Notes under the pieces: generated by a model
What the model saw: the letters and a program-made list of their open reading frames with translations, nothing else
The model's database searches: none
What the model was told of the DNA's origin: nothing
In this document: piece by piece, positions 47,737-57,080 of the stretch
How positions within the stretch are numbered: the stretch's first letter is position 1
Layout of the letters: every line of letters begins with the position of its first letter
Assembly: GCA_964494015.1 (NCBI GenBank)
Contig: CAZBQC010000001.1
Coordinates: forward strand, 7,551 to 71,550
Direction of reading: 5' to 3'
Source: an uncultured Muribaculaceae bacterium
Lineage (GTDB): Bacteria; Bacillota_I; Bacilli_A; RF39; UBA660
DNA length: 64,000 nt
Program-made: the position numbers and the translations under genes

Positions 47737-50700
47737 GTGATTATTTTGAAAAAAAGACAAGTTTTAATTTTTAAGTTTAAACGCTTTCTTACCAATATTA
47801 AAGAAAAAAGAATAATCCTATCAATTATTTCTGTTTTGTTGTTGATAGGTTTAGTTATTGGAGTCAGTTATGCCATCTTAGAATACCAAACTAATAAATC
47901 AGTCGATAATTTGTTGACAACGACAGTTGGTGAATTATCGATAACTTTTTCTTCTAATAGCAATACCATTGCCCTTGAAAATGCTCAACCGGTGTCTGAT
48001 CAACAGGGGCTTCTACAAGCTCCATACACTTTCACGGTTTCTAGTTCGAGCTCTTATGATGTTTATTTTGTTGTTAAATTAAATGAATTTTATTATAACA
48101 GTAGCACCCATGATGATACAGGGTTACAGTTTCCAGATAACACTTTGAAAATAAATGTCGATAATGGTACTTCATCATCGACGAATTATTTGACTAATAG
48201 TTATACTGTTGTTGACGATACGATTCCAGGTCAAGGTACACAAAACAAAACCTATTCAATTAGAATTTGGATCGATGAAAATGCTGGTAGTGAGGTAAGT
48301 GGTAAGCATTATCATGGTCGAATCGAACTGATTAATTCTCACAGCGATCAATTAAGTTCACTAGTACAATATAATTTAAAGAATAACTTATTTACTCCTG
48401 CAGAGGATACTGAACAGACTTTTATTGTCGGAACAGCTAGCGACGATAACTATGAACCGAATAATTACTTATGGTACAGTGGCAAAATGTGGCGAATCCT
48501 AGCTTTAAATAAAACAGATGGAGCAGTGACATCCATTAAAGTAATTACTCAAAACTTAATGACAGCTACGTTTAGAAATGGAACGGTTGAAAATGGTGGC
48601 AGTGGACTAAGTTCTATATACGAAAATAGTTATATGTATCAATGGTTGAATGAAGATTTTTATGATACCTTAAGGAGTCCAACTAATTTTGTTGTGACCA
48701 ATTACTTGTGGAATGCCACACAAACTTCAAGTGTTAGTAAACCTCTTAATACGACGATGGTAGCTGGTAATGTCGGATCATTAAATCTTTACGAGTACGT
48801 CAAGAGTTATACAAATACTACCGCAGCTAACGGCTATTTAAATCTTAGCTATAATTGGTGGTTGATAAATCCACACCCTACAACCGACTGGGCCAATTTT
48901 GTTGATTCTAATGGTTATATTGGTAGTGATATTTTTTCCAATATATTTTCAATTCGTCCAGCGATAAACTTAAAACCCAATCTGCTTGTAGTTAAAGGGA
49001 ACGGAACGAGTTCTAATCCCTATCGATTAGAAGGAGATAACGATGAAGAAGAAGATTTACTAAACGATAATTTAAACACTAGGTATAGTGGGGAATATGT
49101 CAGATTTAATAATGAGGATTATCGAATCATGAAAATAGAAGGAAATCTTACTAAAATTGTCAAAGTTGATTATCTTAAATCATCAGGTGAAAATTTATCA
49201 TTAGCCTATGCTTCCGGCAGTAATTATTTATATTCTTCTTCCATCTCTGGCGGTACTAGTTATTGGGGAGGATACTTAAATACTACTTGGTATGATGGTT
49301 TATCTACAAGTGATAAAAACATGGTTGAAACAGGAACTTGGTATTCAGGGGTGGTTACTTTAAATACCAGTTATAAAAAAAGTATTTGCGAGACAGTGGC
49401 TGTTGGAACTTTAACGAGTACTTGCGGTAAGACTACCTTATCGACCACGGCCAAAGTCGGTCTTATTAGATTAGGAGAAATGTTTTCAAGTCAACTTGGT
49501 GATATTGGAAGTGCAGTTAATTTTCGACTACTGACTCCATACTCAACGAGTGGTTCGGTTTTTTTGAACCAAAATACGGCAACAACGGCTACTTCTGCGG
49601 TTACTACTTCTTATGCCACCAGACAGACTTTGTATTTAAAATCCAATGTAAAAATAGTTAGTGGAGATGGTACACCTGATAATCCATTTATTATTGAAGG
49701 TCTATCAACAATTCTAGATAAAATTAATTCAGATCTAAGTAGTAATTTATATACCCCATCTGGTGATACTGATCAAACTTTTATTGTCGGAACAAGTAGT
49801 GATACAAATTATAAGCCAAATAATTATCTATGGTATAGTGGCAAACTATGGAGAATTGTGGCATTAAATAAAACTTCCGGGGTGGTAACTTCTGTAAAAA
49901 TAATAACTCAGAACTTAATGTCAGGTTTTTATCGTTCCAGTTCACAGTATGACTTGGTATATTATGGAAGTTATATGTACCAATGGTTTAAGGAAGATTT
50001 TTATGATACATTAAGAAATCCGACTAACTTTATTGTTACTAACTATCTGTGGAATGCTACCGCAGTTACGAATAGTAATAAACCACCTACTACAACAATG
50101 GTAGCTGGTAATGTTGGGTCCTTAAATGGCTATGAATATGTAAAGTCATACACTAATACCACCGCTGCCAATGGCTATTTAAATCTTGGTTGTTACTGGT
50201 TTCTAATAAGCCCGGAGTCTGGTAGTTCAAATGGTATCTGGAGTGTCAGTACTACTGGTGCATATTCTTCGTATTCAGCATCTAATCGATTTTCAATTCG
50301 TCCAGCCGTCAATTTAAAAGCCGATTTATGCATTGTGAGTGGAAATGGGACAAGTACTAGTCCTTATCGTTTAGAGGGAGATAATGATCAAGAGGTTGAT
50401 TTATTAAACGATGGTTTAAATACGAGGTACAGTGGAGAATATGTCAAGTTTGCTGGTGAAGATTATCGAATTATGAAAGTAGAAGGCAGTCTAACTAAGA
50501 TCGTCAAGGTTGATTATCTTAAGTCGGAAGGAACAATTGTAACTAAGGCTTTTGCTGCCAGTAGTTCTTTATATTCAGCTTCTATTTCTGGTGGAACTAA
50601 TTATTGGGGAGGGTATTTAAATACAACCTGGTACGGTAGCTTAAGCACAGATTATCAAAATATGATTGAAACAGGGACTTGGTATTCAGGAACGGTAGGT

Positions 50701-51042
50701 TCGCAGGCAAGTTATAAATTAAGTATTTGTGCCACTGTAACAACCGGAACTTTAACAAGTACTTGTACTAGGACGACTGTATCAACTACTGCTAAAATCG
50801 GATTAATTAGGTTAGGAGAAATGTTTTCCAGTCATCTTGCTATTAGTGGAGAAGCTGCTAGTTTCCGTTTATTAACTCCAGATTCAAGCAGTACTGTCTT
50901 TTATGGACCCACTAATGCCAACATATTTACCGGTGCTGTTACTACTGCTTATGCTACAAGACCGACATTCTATCTTAAAGCAGGTGTCTATATTACTGAC
51001 GGCGACGGCACACCTAGCAATCCTTTTACCATTGCTATGTAA
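47737..51042 (+). CDS. Large N-terminally anchored surface protein built from two tandem ~440-aa repeats.
   Basis: A TM helix at residues 25-47. Repeat 1 (~48350-49690) and repeat 2 (~49690-51040) share LYTP..DT[ED]QTFIVGT.SD.NY.PNNYLWYSGK.WRI.ALNKT.G.VTS.K.ITQNLM and the remaining sequence at ~75% nt identity. Confidence 0.55.
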   Translation: MIILKKRQVLIFKFKRFLTNIKEKRIILSIISVLLLIGLVIGVSYAILEYQTNKSVDNLLTTTVGELSITFSSNSNTIALENAQPVSDQQGLLQAPYTFTVSSSSSYDVYFVVKLNEFYYNSSTHDDTGLQFPDNTLKINVDNGTSSSTNYLTNSYTVVDDTIPGQGTQNKTYSIRIWIDENAGSEVSGKHYHGRIELINSHSDQLSSLVQYNLKNNLFTPAEDTEQTFIVGTASDDNYEPNNYLWYSGKMWRILALNKTDGAVTSIKVITQNLMTATFRNGTVENGGSGLSSIYENSYMYQWLNEDFYDTLRSPTNFVVTNYLWNATQTSSVSKPLNTTMVAGNVGSLNLYEYVKSYTNTTAANGYLNLSYNWWLINPHPTTDWANFVDSNGYIGSDIFSNIFSIRPAINLKPNLLVVKGNGTSSNPYRLEGDNDEEEDLLNDNLNTRYSGEYVRFNNEDYRIMKIEGNLTKIVKVDYLKSSGENLSLAYASGSNYLYSSSISGGTSYWGGYLNTTWYDGLSTSDKNMVETGTWYSGVVTLNTSYKKSICETVAVGTLTSTCGKTTLSTTAKVGLIRLGEMFSSQLGDIGSAVNFRLLTPYSTSGSVFLNQNTATTATSAVTTSYATRQTLYLKSNVKIVSGDGTPDNPFIIEGLSTILDKINSDLSSNLYTPSGDTDQTFIVGTSSDTNYKPNNYLWYSGKLWRIVALNKTSGVVTSVKIITQNLMSGFYRSSSQYDLVYYGSYMYQWFKEDFYDTLRNPTNFIVTNYLWNATAVTNSNKPPTTTMVAGNVGSLNGYEYVKSYTNTTAANGYLNLGCYWFLISPESGSSNGIWSVSTTGAYSSYSASNRFSIRPAVNLKADLCIVSGNGTSTSPYRLEGDNDQEVDLLNDGLNTRYSGEYVKFAGEDYRIMKVEGSLTKIVKVDYLKSEGTIVTKAFAASSSLYSASISGGTNYWGGYLNTTWYGSLSTDYQNMIETGTWYSGTVGSQASYKLSICATVTTGTLTSTCTRTTVSTTAKIGLIRLGEMFSSHLAISGEAASFRLLTPDSSSTVFYGPTNANIFTGAVTTAYATRPTFYLKAGVYITDGDGTPSNPFTIAM

Positions 51043-51059
51043 CAAATATTATATTTTTG

Positions 51060-51088
51060 TTGACATTGTCATATAATATGTGTATAAT
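51060..51088 (+). promoter_or_regulatory. Consensus sigma-A promoter of the infC-rpmI-rplT operon.
   Basis: TTGACA (51060-65), a 17-nt spacer, then TATAAT (51083-88). Confidence 0.6.
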
Positions 51089-51094
51089 TATCAT

Positions 51095-51240
51095 GTAAAT
51101 TTAAAAAGAAAGAGATTTTTATCCACCCGATTATGAATAGTAATGGGTCAAAAGCTTGTTTTAAAATATTATTTTAATATTTAATAGGTTTTTAAGTGGA
51201 TAGAGATATCCACTTTTTAATTATTTTGGAGGTGTTTTAT
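51095..51240 (+). promoter_or_regulatory. infC leader with terminator/antiterminator geometry. It is a candidate L20-responsive attenuator.
   Basis: A 9-bp perfect hairpin AAGTGGATA gaga TATCCACTT (51194-51215) with a downstream U-run. An upstream ATCCAC (51121-26) could alternatively pair with GTGGAT (51196-51201). Confidence 0.45.
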
Positions 51241-51768
51241 ATAGCTGTTTCGAAAGGTAATTTGCTAATTAACGATCAGATCAAAGTTAGTCATGCCTTA
51301 GTTATCGGTCCGAACGGAGAGCAAGTAGGTGTCAAGTCAATCGGCGATGCTCTAACTTTGGCGTCTTATGCCAATTTAGATTTAGTGTTGATTAATCCAA
51401 CCGGTACGCCACCGGTCTGTAAAGTTATGGACTATAACAAGTATCGTTACGAAAAGTCGAAAAAAGAGAAGGAAGCTTTAAGACGTCAACGAGTCAATAG
51501 TGTCGAAACCAAAGAGTTTCGTCTTTCGCCTAATATCGATGTTGGAGATTTTGAAACCAAGATTAATAATGTTACAAAATACTTATTAAAAGGTGACAAG
51601 ATTAAGTTAACGATTAGGTTTAAAGGTCGTCAGTTGGCACACATCGATTTAGGGAAGGAAGTCTTAATTCGTTTTGCTAATCGCTTAATGGATATTGCTG
51701 AAGTTGTGGAAAATCCTAAGTTAGATGGTAAGAACATGTCAATGCTAATTTCACCGAAAAAAAAGTAA
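51241..51768 (+). CDS. infC: Translation initiation factor IF-3, probably starting at a non-canonical ATA codon.
   Basis: The IF-3 sequence begins (I)AVSKGNLLINDQIKVSHALVIGPNGEQ. RBS GGAGGTG (51228-34) is followed 6 nt later by in-frame ATA 51241. The only in-frame upstream NTG is GTG 51196, which lies inside the leader hairpin and has no RBS. Confidence 0.8.
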   Translation: MAVSKGNLLINDQIKVSHALVIGPNGEQVGVKSIGDALTLASYANLDLVLINPTGTPPVCKVMDYNKYRYEKSKKEKEALRRQRVNSVETKEFRLSPNIDVGDFETKINNVTKYLLKGDKIKLTIRFKGRQLAHIDLGKEVLIRFANRLMDIAEVVENPKLDGKNMSMLISPKKK

Positions 51769-51783
51769 ATAAGGAGGAGAATT

Positions 51784-51972
51784 ATGCCTAAATTAAAGAC
51801 TCATAAAGGAGTAAAAAAAGTTTTAAAAGTAAGAAAAGGTGGTACGATTAGTATCGGTATGCCAGGTGGAAGACATAATACTGGCAAAAAGAATGCGAAA
51901 GTAAATCGTAAAAAAAGAAAGGGTTCAGTATTAGCGCAAGCTGATCAGAAGAGATTAAAAAATTTAATTTAA
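51784..51972 (+). CDS. rpmI: 50S ribosomal protein L35.
   Basis: [20 protein letters not shown]... RBS AGGAGGAG. Confidence 0.9.
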   Translation: MPKLKTHKGVKKVLKVRKGGTISIGMPGGRHNTGKKNAKVNRKKRKGSVLAQADQKRLKNLI

Positions 51973-51997
51973 TCGTCGTATAGAGGAGGAAAAAGAG

Positions 51998-52597
51998 ATG
52001 GCAAGAGTAAAAAACGGAGTTGTTACCAAAGCACGTCGTAAAAAGGTTTTAAAGGCAGCTAGTGGTTATTTTGGTAGCAAACATAGATTATTTAAGACCG
52101 CCAGAGAGCAATTGATGCATTCTGGCCAATATGCTTTTCGTGATCGTAGACAAAAGAAAAGAGAATTTAGAAAATTATGGATTACGAGAATTAATGCTGC
52201 CTGTCGTGAAAACGGAATTAGTTATTCGAGATTTATTGAAGGATTAAGTAAGGCTTCTGTCGAAGTCAACAGAAAGATGTTGAGTGAGATTGCAATTAAC
52301 GATCCTAAAGCTTTCAGTGAATTAGTGAAGGTAGCAAAAGATGGTAAAGCCGGAAAAGTTAAAAAAGAAGTTGAAAAACAAAAAACGGATCAGGTAGTTA
52401 AAGAAGAAGTTAAAGTCGAAAAACCAGTTAAAATTGAAAAGAAAGTAACGATCAAAACGAAAGTTACCAAAGAGAAAGAAAGTATCGACTATCGTAAATT
52501 GACGGTAGCTGAATTAAAAGAATTAGCTAAAAAGGCTAAAGTCGAAGGCTTTTCAACCATGAAGAAAAATAAATTGATAGAAAGTCTTCAAAAATAA
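51998..52597 (+). CDS. rplT: 50S ribosomal protein L20 with a ~80-aa K/E-rich C-terminal extension ending in a Rho_N-like motif.
   Basis: The L20 core [19 protein letters not shown]...[14 protein letters not shown]. The tail ends [32 protein letters not shown]. Confidence 0.88.
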   Translation: MARVKNGVVTKARRKKVLKAASGYFGSKHRLFKTAREQLMHSGQYAFRDRRQKKREFRKLWITRINAACRENGISYSRFIEGLSKASVEVNRKMLSEIAINDPKAFSELVKVAKDGKAGKVKKEVEKQKTDQVVKEEVKVEKPVKIEKKVTIKTKVTKEKESIDYRKLTVAELKELAKKAKVEGFSTMKKNKLIESLQK

Positions 52598-52621
52598 ACA
52601 TATTAATGGATTTAAATGCCT

Positions 52622-52650
52622 AGTGCTTGAGTTCTCAAGTGGTGTTTATT
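52622..52650 (+). terminator. Terminator after rplT.
   Basis: GCTTGAG tt CTCAAGT hairpin followed by GGTGTTTATT. Confidence 0.45.
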
Positions 52651-52688
52651 AGAAATTAATAGAAGATTAAACGAAAAGGAGAAGAAAT

Positions 52689-53735
52689 ATGACTGTTATT
52701 TCAATGAGTTATTTATTAGAAGCAGGTGTTCATTTTGGACACCAAAAGAAAAGATGGAATCCAAAGATGAAGGAGTATATCTTTTCATCACGTGATGATA
52801 TTTATATTATCGATTTACAAAAGACGGTTAAAAAGCTAGAAGAAGCTTATACTAAGTTAGAAGAAATTACTAAGAATGGTGGCAAGGTTATCTTTGTTGG
52901 AACTAAAAAGCAAGCTAAAGAAGCGGTCGAAGAATGTGCTAACCGTACAAAGATGTATTTTGTCAGTGAAAGATGGTTAGGAGGAACTCTAACTAATTTC
53001 AAGACCATTAGAAGCCGAGTTAGAAGACTTGAAGAAATCGAAAAGATGGAAAAGGATGGTATTTTTGAAATTCTACCTAAAAAAGAAGTATCTTTATTAA
53101 ATAAAGAATATCAGAAGCTTAATCGTTATTTAAGAGGAATTAGAGACATGGAAAAACTTCCTCAAGCAATGATTATTGTCGATCCACAAAAGGAATTAAA
53201 TGCCATTCATGAAGCTAAAAAGTTACATATTCCCGTCGTTGGACTGGTCGATACTAATGGCGACCCGGATTTAGTCGATTATGTCATTCCTGGTAATGAT
53301 GATGCTGTCAGGTCAGTCAAACTAGTGTTAGGTGGCTTAACTAATGCCATTGCTAGTGTCAATGGCAACGAAGTCATCGATTATGTAGTTGAAGATGAAA
53401 AAGGTGCTAAAAAAACTAAGGTTCATGAAAGTAAAGAAGAGTCTGTTTTAGTTGAAGAAGTGATAACCAAAGAAGAAGTAAAAGAAGAAATTAAAGAAGA
53501 AATTAAAGAAGAAATTAAAGAAGAAATTAAAGAAGAGGTTATCGTTAACGAGGAAGTACCAGTAGCTCCTAAAAAGACCAGAGTTAAAAAAGAAGTAGCG
53601 AAGAAAGAACCAGAAATATCTCTTAAGAACCTTTCTAAGATGAATATTACTGAATTAAAGGCTCTTGCTAAAGAAAAGGGTATTAAAGGTTATTCTAAGT
53701 TAAAAAAAGATGAATTAATTAAAGAATTAAAATAG
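52689..53735 (+). CDS. rpsB: 30S ribosomal protein S2 with a ~95-aa acidic/basic C-terminal extension ending in a Rho_N-like motif.
   Basis: The S2 core [27 protein letters not shown]. The tail carries (EEIK)n and ends [29 protein letters not shown]. Confidence 0.9.
   Translation: MTVISMSYLLEAGVHFGHQKKRWNPKMKEYIFSSRDDIYIIDLQKTVKKLEEAYTKLEEITKNGGKVIFVGTKKQAKEAVEECANRTKMYFVSERWLGGTLTNFKTIRSRVRRLEEIEKMEKDGIFEILPKKEVSLLNKEYQKLNRYLRGIRDMEKLPQAMIIVDPQKELNAIHEAKKLHIPVVGLVDTNGDPDLVDYVIPGNDDAVRSVKLVLGGLTNAIASVNGNEVIDYVVEDEKGAKKTKVHESKEESVLVEEVITKEEVKEEIKEEIKEEIKEEIKEEVIVNEEVPVAPKKTRVKKEVAKKEPEISLKNLSKMNITELKALAKEKGIKGYSKLKKDELIKELK
53484..53531 (+). repeat. In-frame 12-nt tandem repeat, four perfect copies.
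   Basis: The unit GAAGAAATTAAA encodes EEIK repeats inside rpsB. Confidence 0.85.
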
Positions 53736-53744
53736 GAGAGAGAC

Positions 53745-54617
53745 ATGACAAGTGCAAATGATATTAAAGCTTTGAGGGAAAAAACGGGTGCTGGATTTTC
53801 AGACTGCAAAAAAGCCTTAGAAGCTACTAATAATGATATGGAAAAAGCTATTGATTGGTTACGTGAAAAAGGAATTAGCAGTGCGGCTAAAAAAGAGGCG
53901 AGGATTGCGGCTGAAGGACTTTGCAATATTCAGGTTGTTGGAAATACTGCTGTCATCGTCGAAGTTAATTCAGAAACTGATTTTGTAGCTAGGAATATAG
54001 AATTTCAAAATTTATGTCAGTTTCTTGCTACTCAAATTTTAAATAATGACGTTACTGATTTAGAGAGTGTTTTTAATTTAAAAACAACTGACGGAACAGT
54101 CAAAGATACAATTATTAGTTACATTTCTAAAATTGGAGAAAAATTATCTTTAAGACGTTTTGCAAAATTAGTGAAAGAAGAAAATCAAGTGTTTGGAACT
54201 TATTTACATATGGGTGGTAAAATTGGAGTCTTGGTTCTTTTAGATGGCAATGATCAAGAAGTAGCCAAGGATGTTGCTATGCATATTGCAGCGATGAAAC
54301 CAAGTTATATTAGTCGTAATGAAATAAGTAGTGAGACTTTAGAAAAAGAAAAAGCAATTATCAAGGAACAAGCGATCAACGAAGGGAAATCTCCAGAAAT
54401 AGCTGAAAAGATGATTACTGGTCGCATCAATAAATTTTATCAAGAAGTCTGCCTACTTGAACAATTATTTGTTAAAAATGATGATCTTCAAGTAGGAGTC
54501 TATGTTCAAAATCATCAAAGTGCCGTCAAGCAAATGATTCGTTTCGAAGTTGGAGAAGGACTTGAAAAAAGATGTGAAGATTTTGCCGAAGAGGTCATGA
54601 AACAGATTAGGAATTAA
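53745..54617 (+). CDS. tsf: Elongation factor Ts.
   Basis: The N-terminal UBA-like IKALREKTGAGFSDCKKALE. Confidence 0.9.
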   Translation: MTSANDIKALREKTGAGFSDCKKALEATNNDMEKAIDWLREKGISSAAKKEARIAAEGLCNIQVVGNTAVIVEVNSETDFVARNIEFQNLCQFLATQILNNDVTDLESVFNLKTTDGTVKDTIISYISKIGEKLSLRRFAKLVKEENQVFGTYLHMGGKIGVLVLLDGNDQEVAKDVAMHIAAMKPSYISRNEISSETLEKEKAIIKEQAINEGKSPEIAEKMITGRINKFYQEVCLLEQLFVKNDDLQVGVYVQNHQSAVKQMIRFEVGEGLEKRCEDFAEEVMKQIRN

Positions 54618-54621
54618 AATT

Positions 54622-55179
54622 ATGAAGAAGTATTTGATATTATTATTAATCGTGGTTTTGGTTGGAAGTGGATGTACGATTACTAAATTAAAGAAAGATA
54701 GTATTAGTTTTAGTGAAGAGTATAATATCAGTAAAAATAATATGTTTGTCTATGCAACAGCAGACGAAGTAATCGATATTTTAAAAAAGGGAACGGGAAT
54801 AATTTATTTTGGTTTTCCTGAATGCCCATGGTGTCAAGCAGCTATCAAGATGTTTTATGAGGTAGCCAGCAAGAAAAATGTCGAGAAGGTATATTATCTG
54901 AATATTAAAGAAATGCGCAATCAAAACACGAAAGAATATCAAGATATTGTTACTTTGATTAGCGATTATTTATACAAGGATTCGCAAGATCAAAAAAGAA
55001 TCTTTGTACCAGATTTCTACTTTGTAAAAGATGGAAAAGTTCTTTATCATAATAACGATATGTCGACTAATAGTGGGGATATAGAAGAATATTTAACTGA
55101 TGAAGTTAAAGAAGAGATCAAAGGTAAATACTTGGAAGGAATTGTCAAAATTTATTCAGTCAGTTGTAAAGAATGTTAA
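54622..55179 (+). CDS. Thioredoxin-fold lipoprotein with a CxxC motif.
   Basis: Lipobox LVGSGC and redox motif FPECPWCQ. Confidence 0.55.
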   Translation: MKKYLILLLIVVLVGSGCTITKLKKDSISFSEEYNISKNNMFVYATADEVIDILKKGTGIIYFGFPECPWCQAAIKMFYEVASKKNVEKVYYLNIKEMRNQNTKEYQDIVTLISDYLYKDSQDQKRIFVPDFYFVKDGKVLYHNNDMSTNSGDIEEYLTDEVKEEIKGKYLEGIVKIYSVSCKEC

Positions 55180-55257
55180 TGAATAACTACTAGTAATAGT
55201 AGTTTTTAATTGAAAAATATTTGTTTCAATGATAAGATTATCTTATATGAGGTAAAT

Positions 55258-55965
55258 ATGTATAAGAGAGTACTTTTAAAACTTAGTGGCGAGTCGCTTG
55301 GAAAAGAGAAAGAAGGCTTAGATTTTGCTTTAGTTTTAGAAGTTTGCAATTATGTTAAGTTTTTGATCGAAAAGGGTTATGAGATAGTTATCGTCGTCGG
55401 TGGTGGCAATTATTGGCGAGGTCGGGATAATTTAGAAATTGAAAAGGTCACTTCTGATACGATTGGGATGCTGGGTACCATTATCAATGCGTTAGCTTTA
55501 AAAGATGGTTTTCGTCAGGTAGGTATCAAGGCAATCGTTTCAACACCATTTAATTTTAACGAGTTGTTACCACAATATAAAAGCCAAGAATTGGTGTCAG
55601 CCTTAGATTTGAAGAATGTCGTTATCTTTGGTGGTGGAATCGGTAAATCTGGTTATTCAACTGATTCAGCGGCATCTCACGAAGCGGTGGTTACCAAGTG
55701 CGATTTGATTGTAAAATTAACTAATGTCGATGGAGTTTATGATCGTGATCCAAGTGTCGATAAGGATGCCCAAAAATATGACCAGATATCCTTTAAAGAG
55801 GTACTCGACAAAGGTCTGAAGATTATGGATTTATCAGCTATTAAAGAGTGTATGGAAAACAATATCAGTATTGCCGTCATCAATTTTAAGGACAAAGATA
55901 ATCTTTTAAGAATCTTAAATCAAGAGAAAGTAGGGACGTTGATAAGTAATGAGAAAAGTAATTAA
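55258..55965 (+). CDS. pyrH: UMP kinase.
   Basis: YKRVLLKLSGESLG and VVGGGNYWRG motifs. RBS TGAGGTAAAT precedes ATG 55258. Confidence 0.88.
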   Translation: MYKRVLLKLSGESLGKEKEGLDFALVLEVCNYVKFLIEKGYEIVIVVGGGNYWRGRDNLEIEKVTSDTIGMLGTIINALALKDGFRQVGIKAIVSTPFNFNELLPQYKSQELVSALDLKNVVIFGGGIGKSGYSTDSAASHEAVVTKCDLIVKLTNVDGVYDRDPSVDKDAQKYDQISFKEVLDKGLKIMDLSAIKECMENNISIAVINFKDKDNLLRILNQEKVGTLISNEKSN

Positions 55966-56167
55966 TCTTGACAATGATCAGCTAGTAAAAAACTTAAAAA
56001 AGCGAAAAATACTTCGCTATGTAATTATCTTTTTAGCTCTTCTAACAGTCTTTTTAGCAGCTTATTCGCTATTTACTGATTTTTCTTTCTATTATTCACT
56101 AATTCCCTTTGTAATGTATACATTTTTTAAGTATTGGCGAGATAGTTTAAAGATCGAAAAGAAATAG
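55949..56167 (+). CDS. Small two-TM membrane protein, hypothetical.
   Basis: 72 aa. It overlaps the pyrH stop (ATGA-type coupling). Confidence 0.35.
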   Translation: MRKVINLDNDQLVKNLKKRKILRYVIIFLALLTVFLAAYSLFTDFSFYYSLIPFVMYTFFKYWRDSLKIEKK

Positions 56168-56170
56168 ATT

Positions 56171-56398
56171 TCACTTTTGGTGAAATCTATTTTTTAGTAT
56201 TTCCAAGATCGTTTTTTTAAAGTTTTCGTCTCCATCCGTCCAAATAATTTCAAAGAAAACTCCCATGCCAGGAAGAGTGACTTCATCTTGCTCACTAATA
56301 CTGGCATTAATAGCTTTTTTAATAGTTTCATCGTCATCATTTTTGAAATTATTAATTATATATTCCCTAATACTTTTATCCATATCTAGTCCTTTCAA
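56171..56398 (-). CDS. Small acidic hypothetical protein.
   Basis: 75-aa ORF convergent with the previous gene. I recognise no motif. Confidence 0.3.
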   Translation of the reverse strand: MKGLDMDKSIREYIINNFKNDDDETIKKAINASISEQDEVTLPGMGVFFEIIWTDGDENFKKTILEILKNRFHQK

Positions 56399-56486
56399 TA
56401 ATATTATTGATAGATATTCAAAAAATATACTAGTATTTTTCTCTAAAATATAGTATAATTAATAGTAGAAAAGGAGGAACTAGTTT

Positions 56487-57035
56487 ATGTGGTGGATTAT
56501 ACCAGTTGTTATTGTTTTATTACTTGTATTGTGGTTTTTAACAACTTATAACAAGTTAATTGTTTTAAGAAACAGAAAGGATGATCAGTGGGCTCAGATC
56601 GATGTTCAATTAAAGAGAAGAGCTGATTTAATTCCTAATTTAGTTGAGACTGTTAAAGGTTATGCTAAACATGAAAGTGGAACTTTAGAGTCTGTTATTC
56701 AAGCTCGAAACAGTTATGTTAGTGCCAAGACACCAGAAGATAAAATCGATGCTAGCAATCAGTTGACTGGTGCGATTAGTAAGCTATTTGCTTTATCAGA
56801 AAGTTATCCTGACTTAAAAGCCAATCAAAACTTTTTAAGCCTTCAGACTGACTTAAAAGAAACTGAGGATAAGATAAGTATTACAAGACAGTTCTATAAT
56901 GATACAGTCCTTAAATATAACAACAAATTAGAAGTGGTGCCAAGTAATATTGTGGCTAGTATAGCTGGATTTAAGAAAGCAAAATTTTTTGAAGTTAGCG
57001 ATGCTGAAAAAGAAGCACCAAAAGTTGCGTTTTAG
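56487..57035 (+). CDS. lemA: LemA family membrane protein.
   Basis: An N-terminal TM helix and the LemA core NKLIVLRNRKDDQWAQIDVQLKRRADLIPNLVETVKGYAKHE. Confidence 0.8.
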   Translation: MWWIIPVVIVLLLVLWFLTTYNKLIVLRNRKDDQWAQIDVQLKRRADLIPNLVETVKGYAKHESGTLESVIQARNSYVSAKTPEDKIDASNQLTGAISKLFALSESYPDLKANQNFLSLQTDLKETEDKISITRQFYNDTVLKYNNKLEVVPSNIVASIAGFKKAKFFEVSDAEKEAPKVAF

Positions 57036-57080
57036 AATAAACTTGCTTTAAGCAAGTTTTTTTAAGGAGAAGATATTAAT

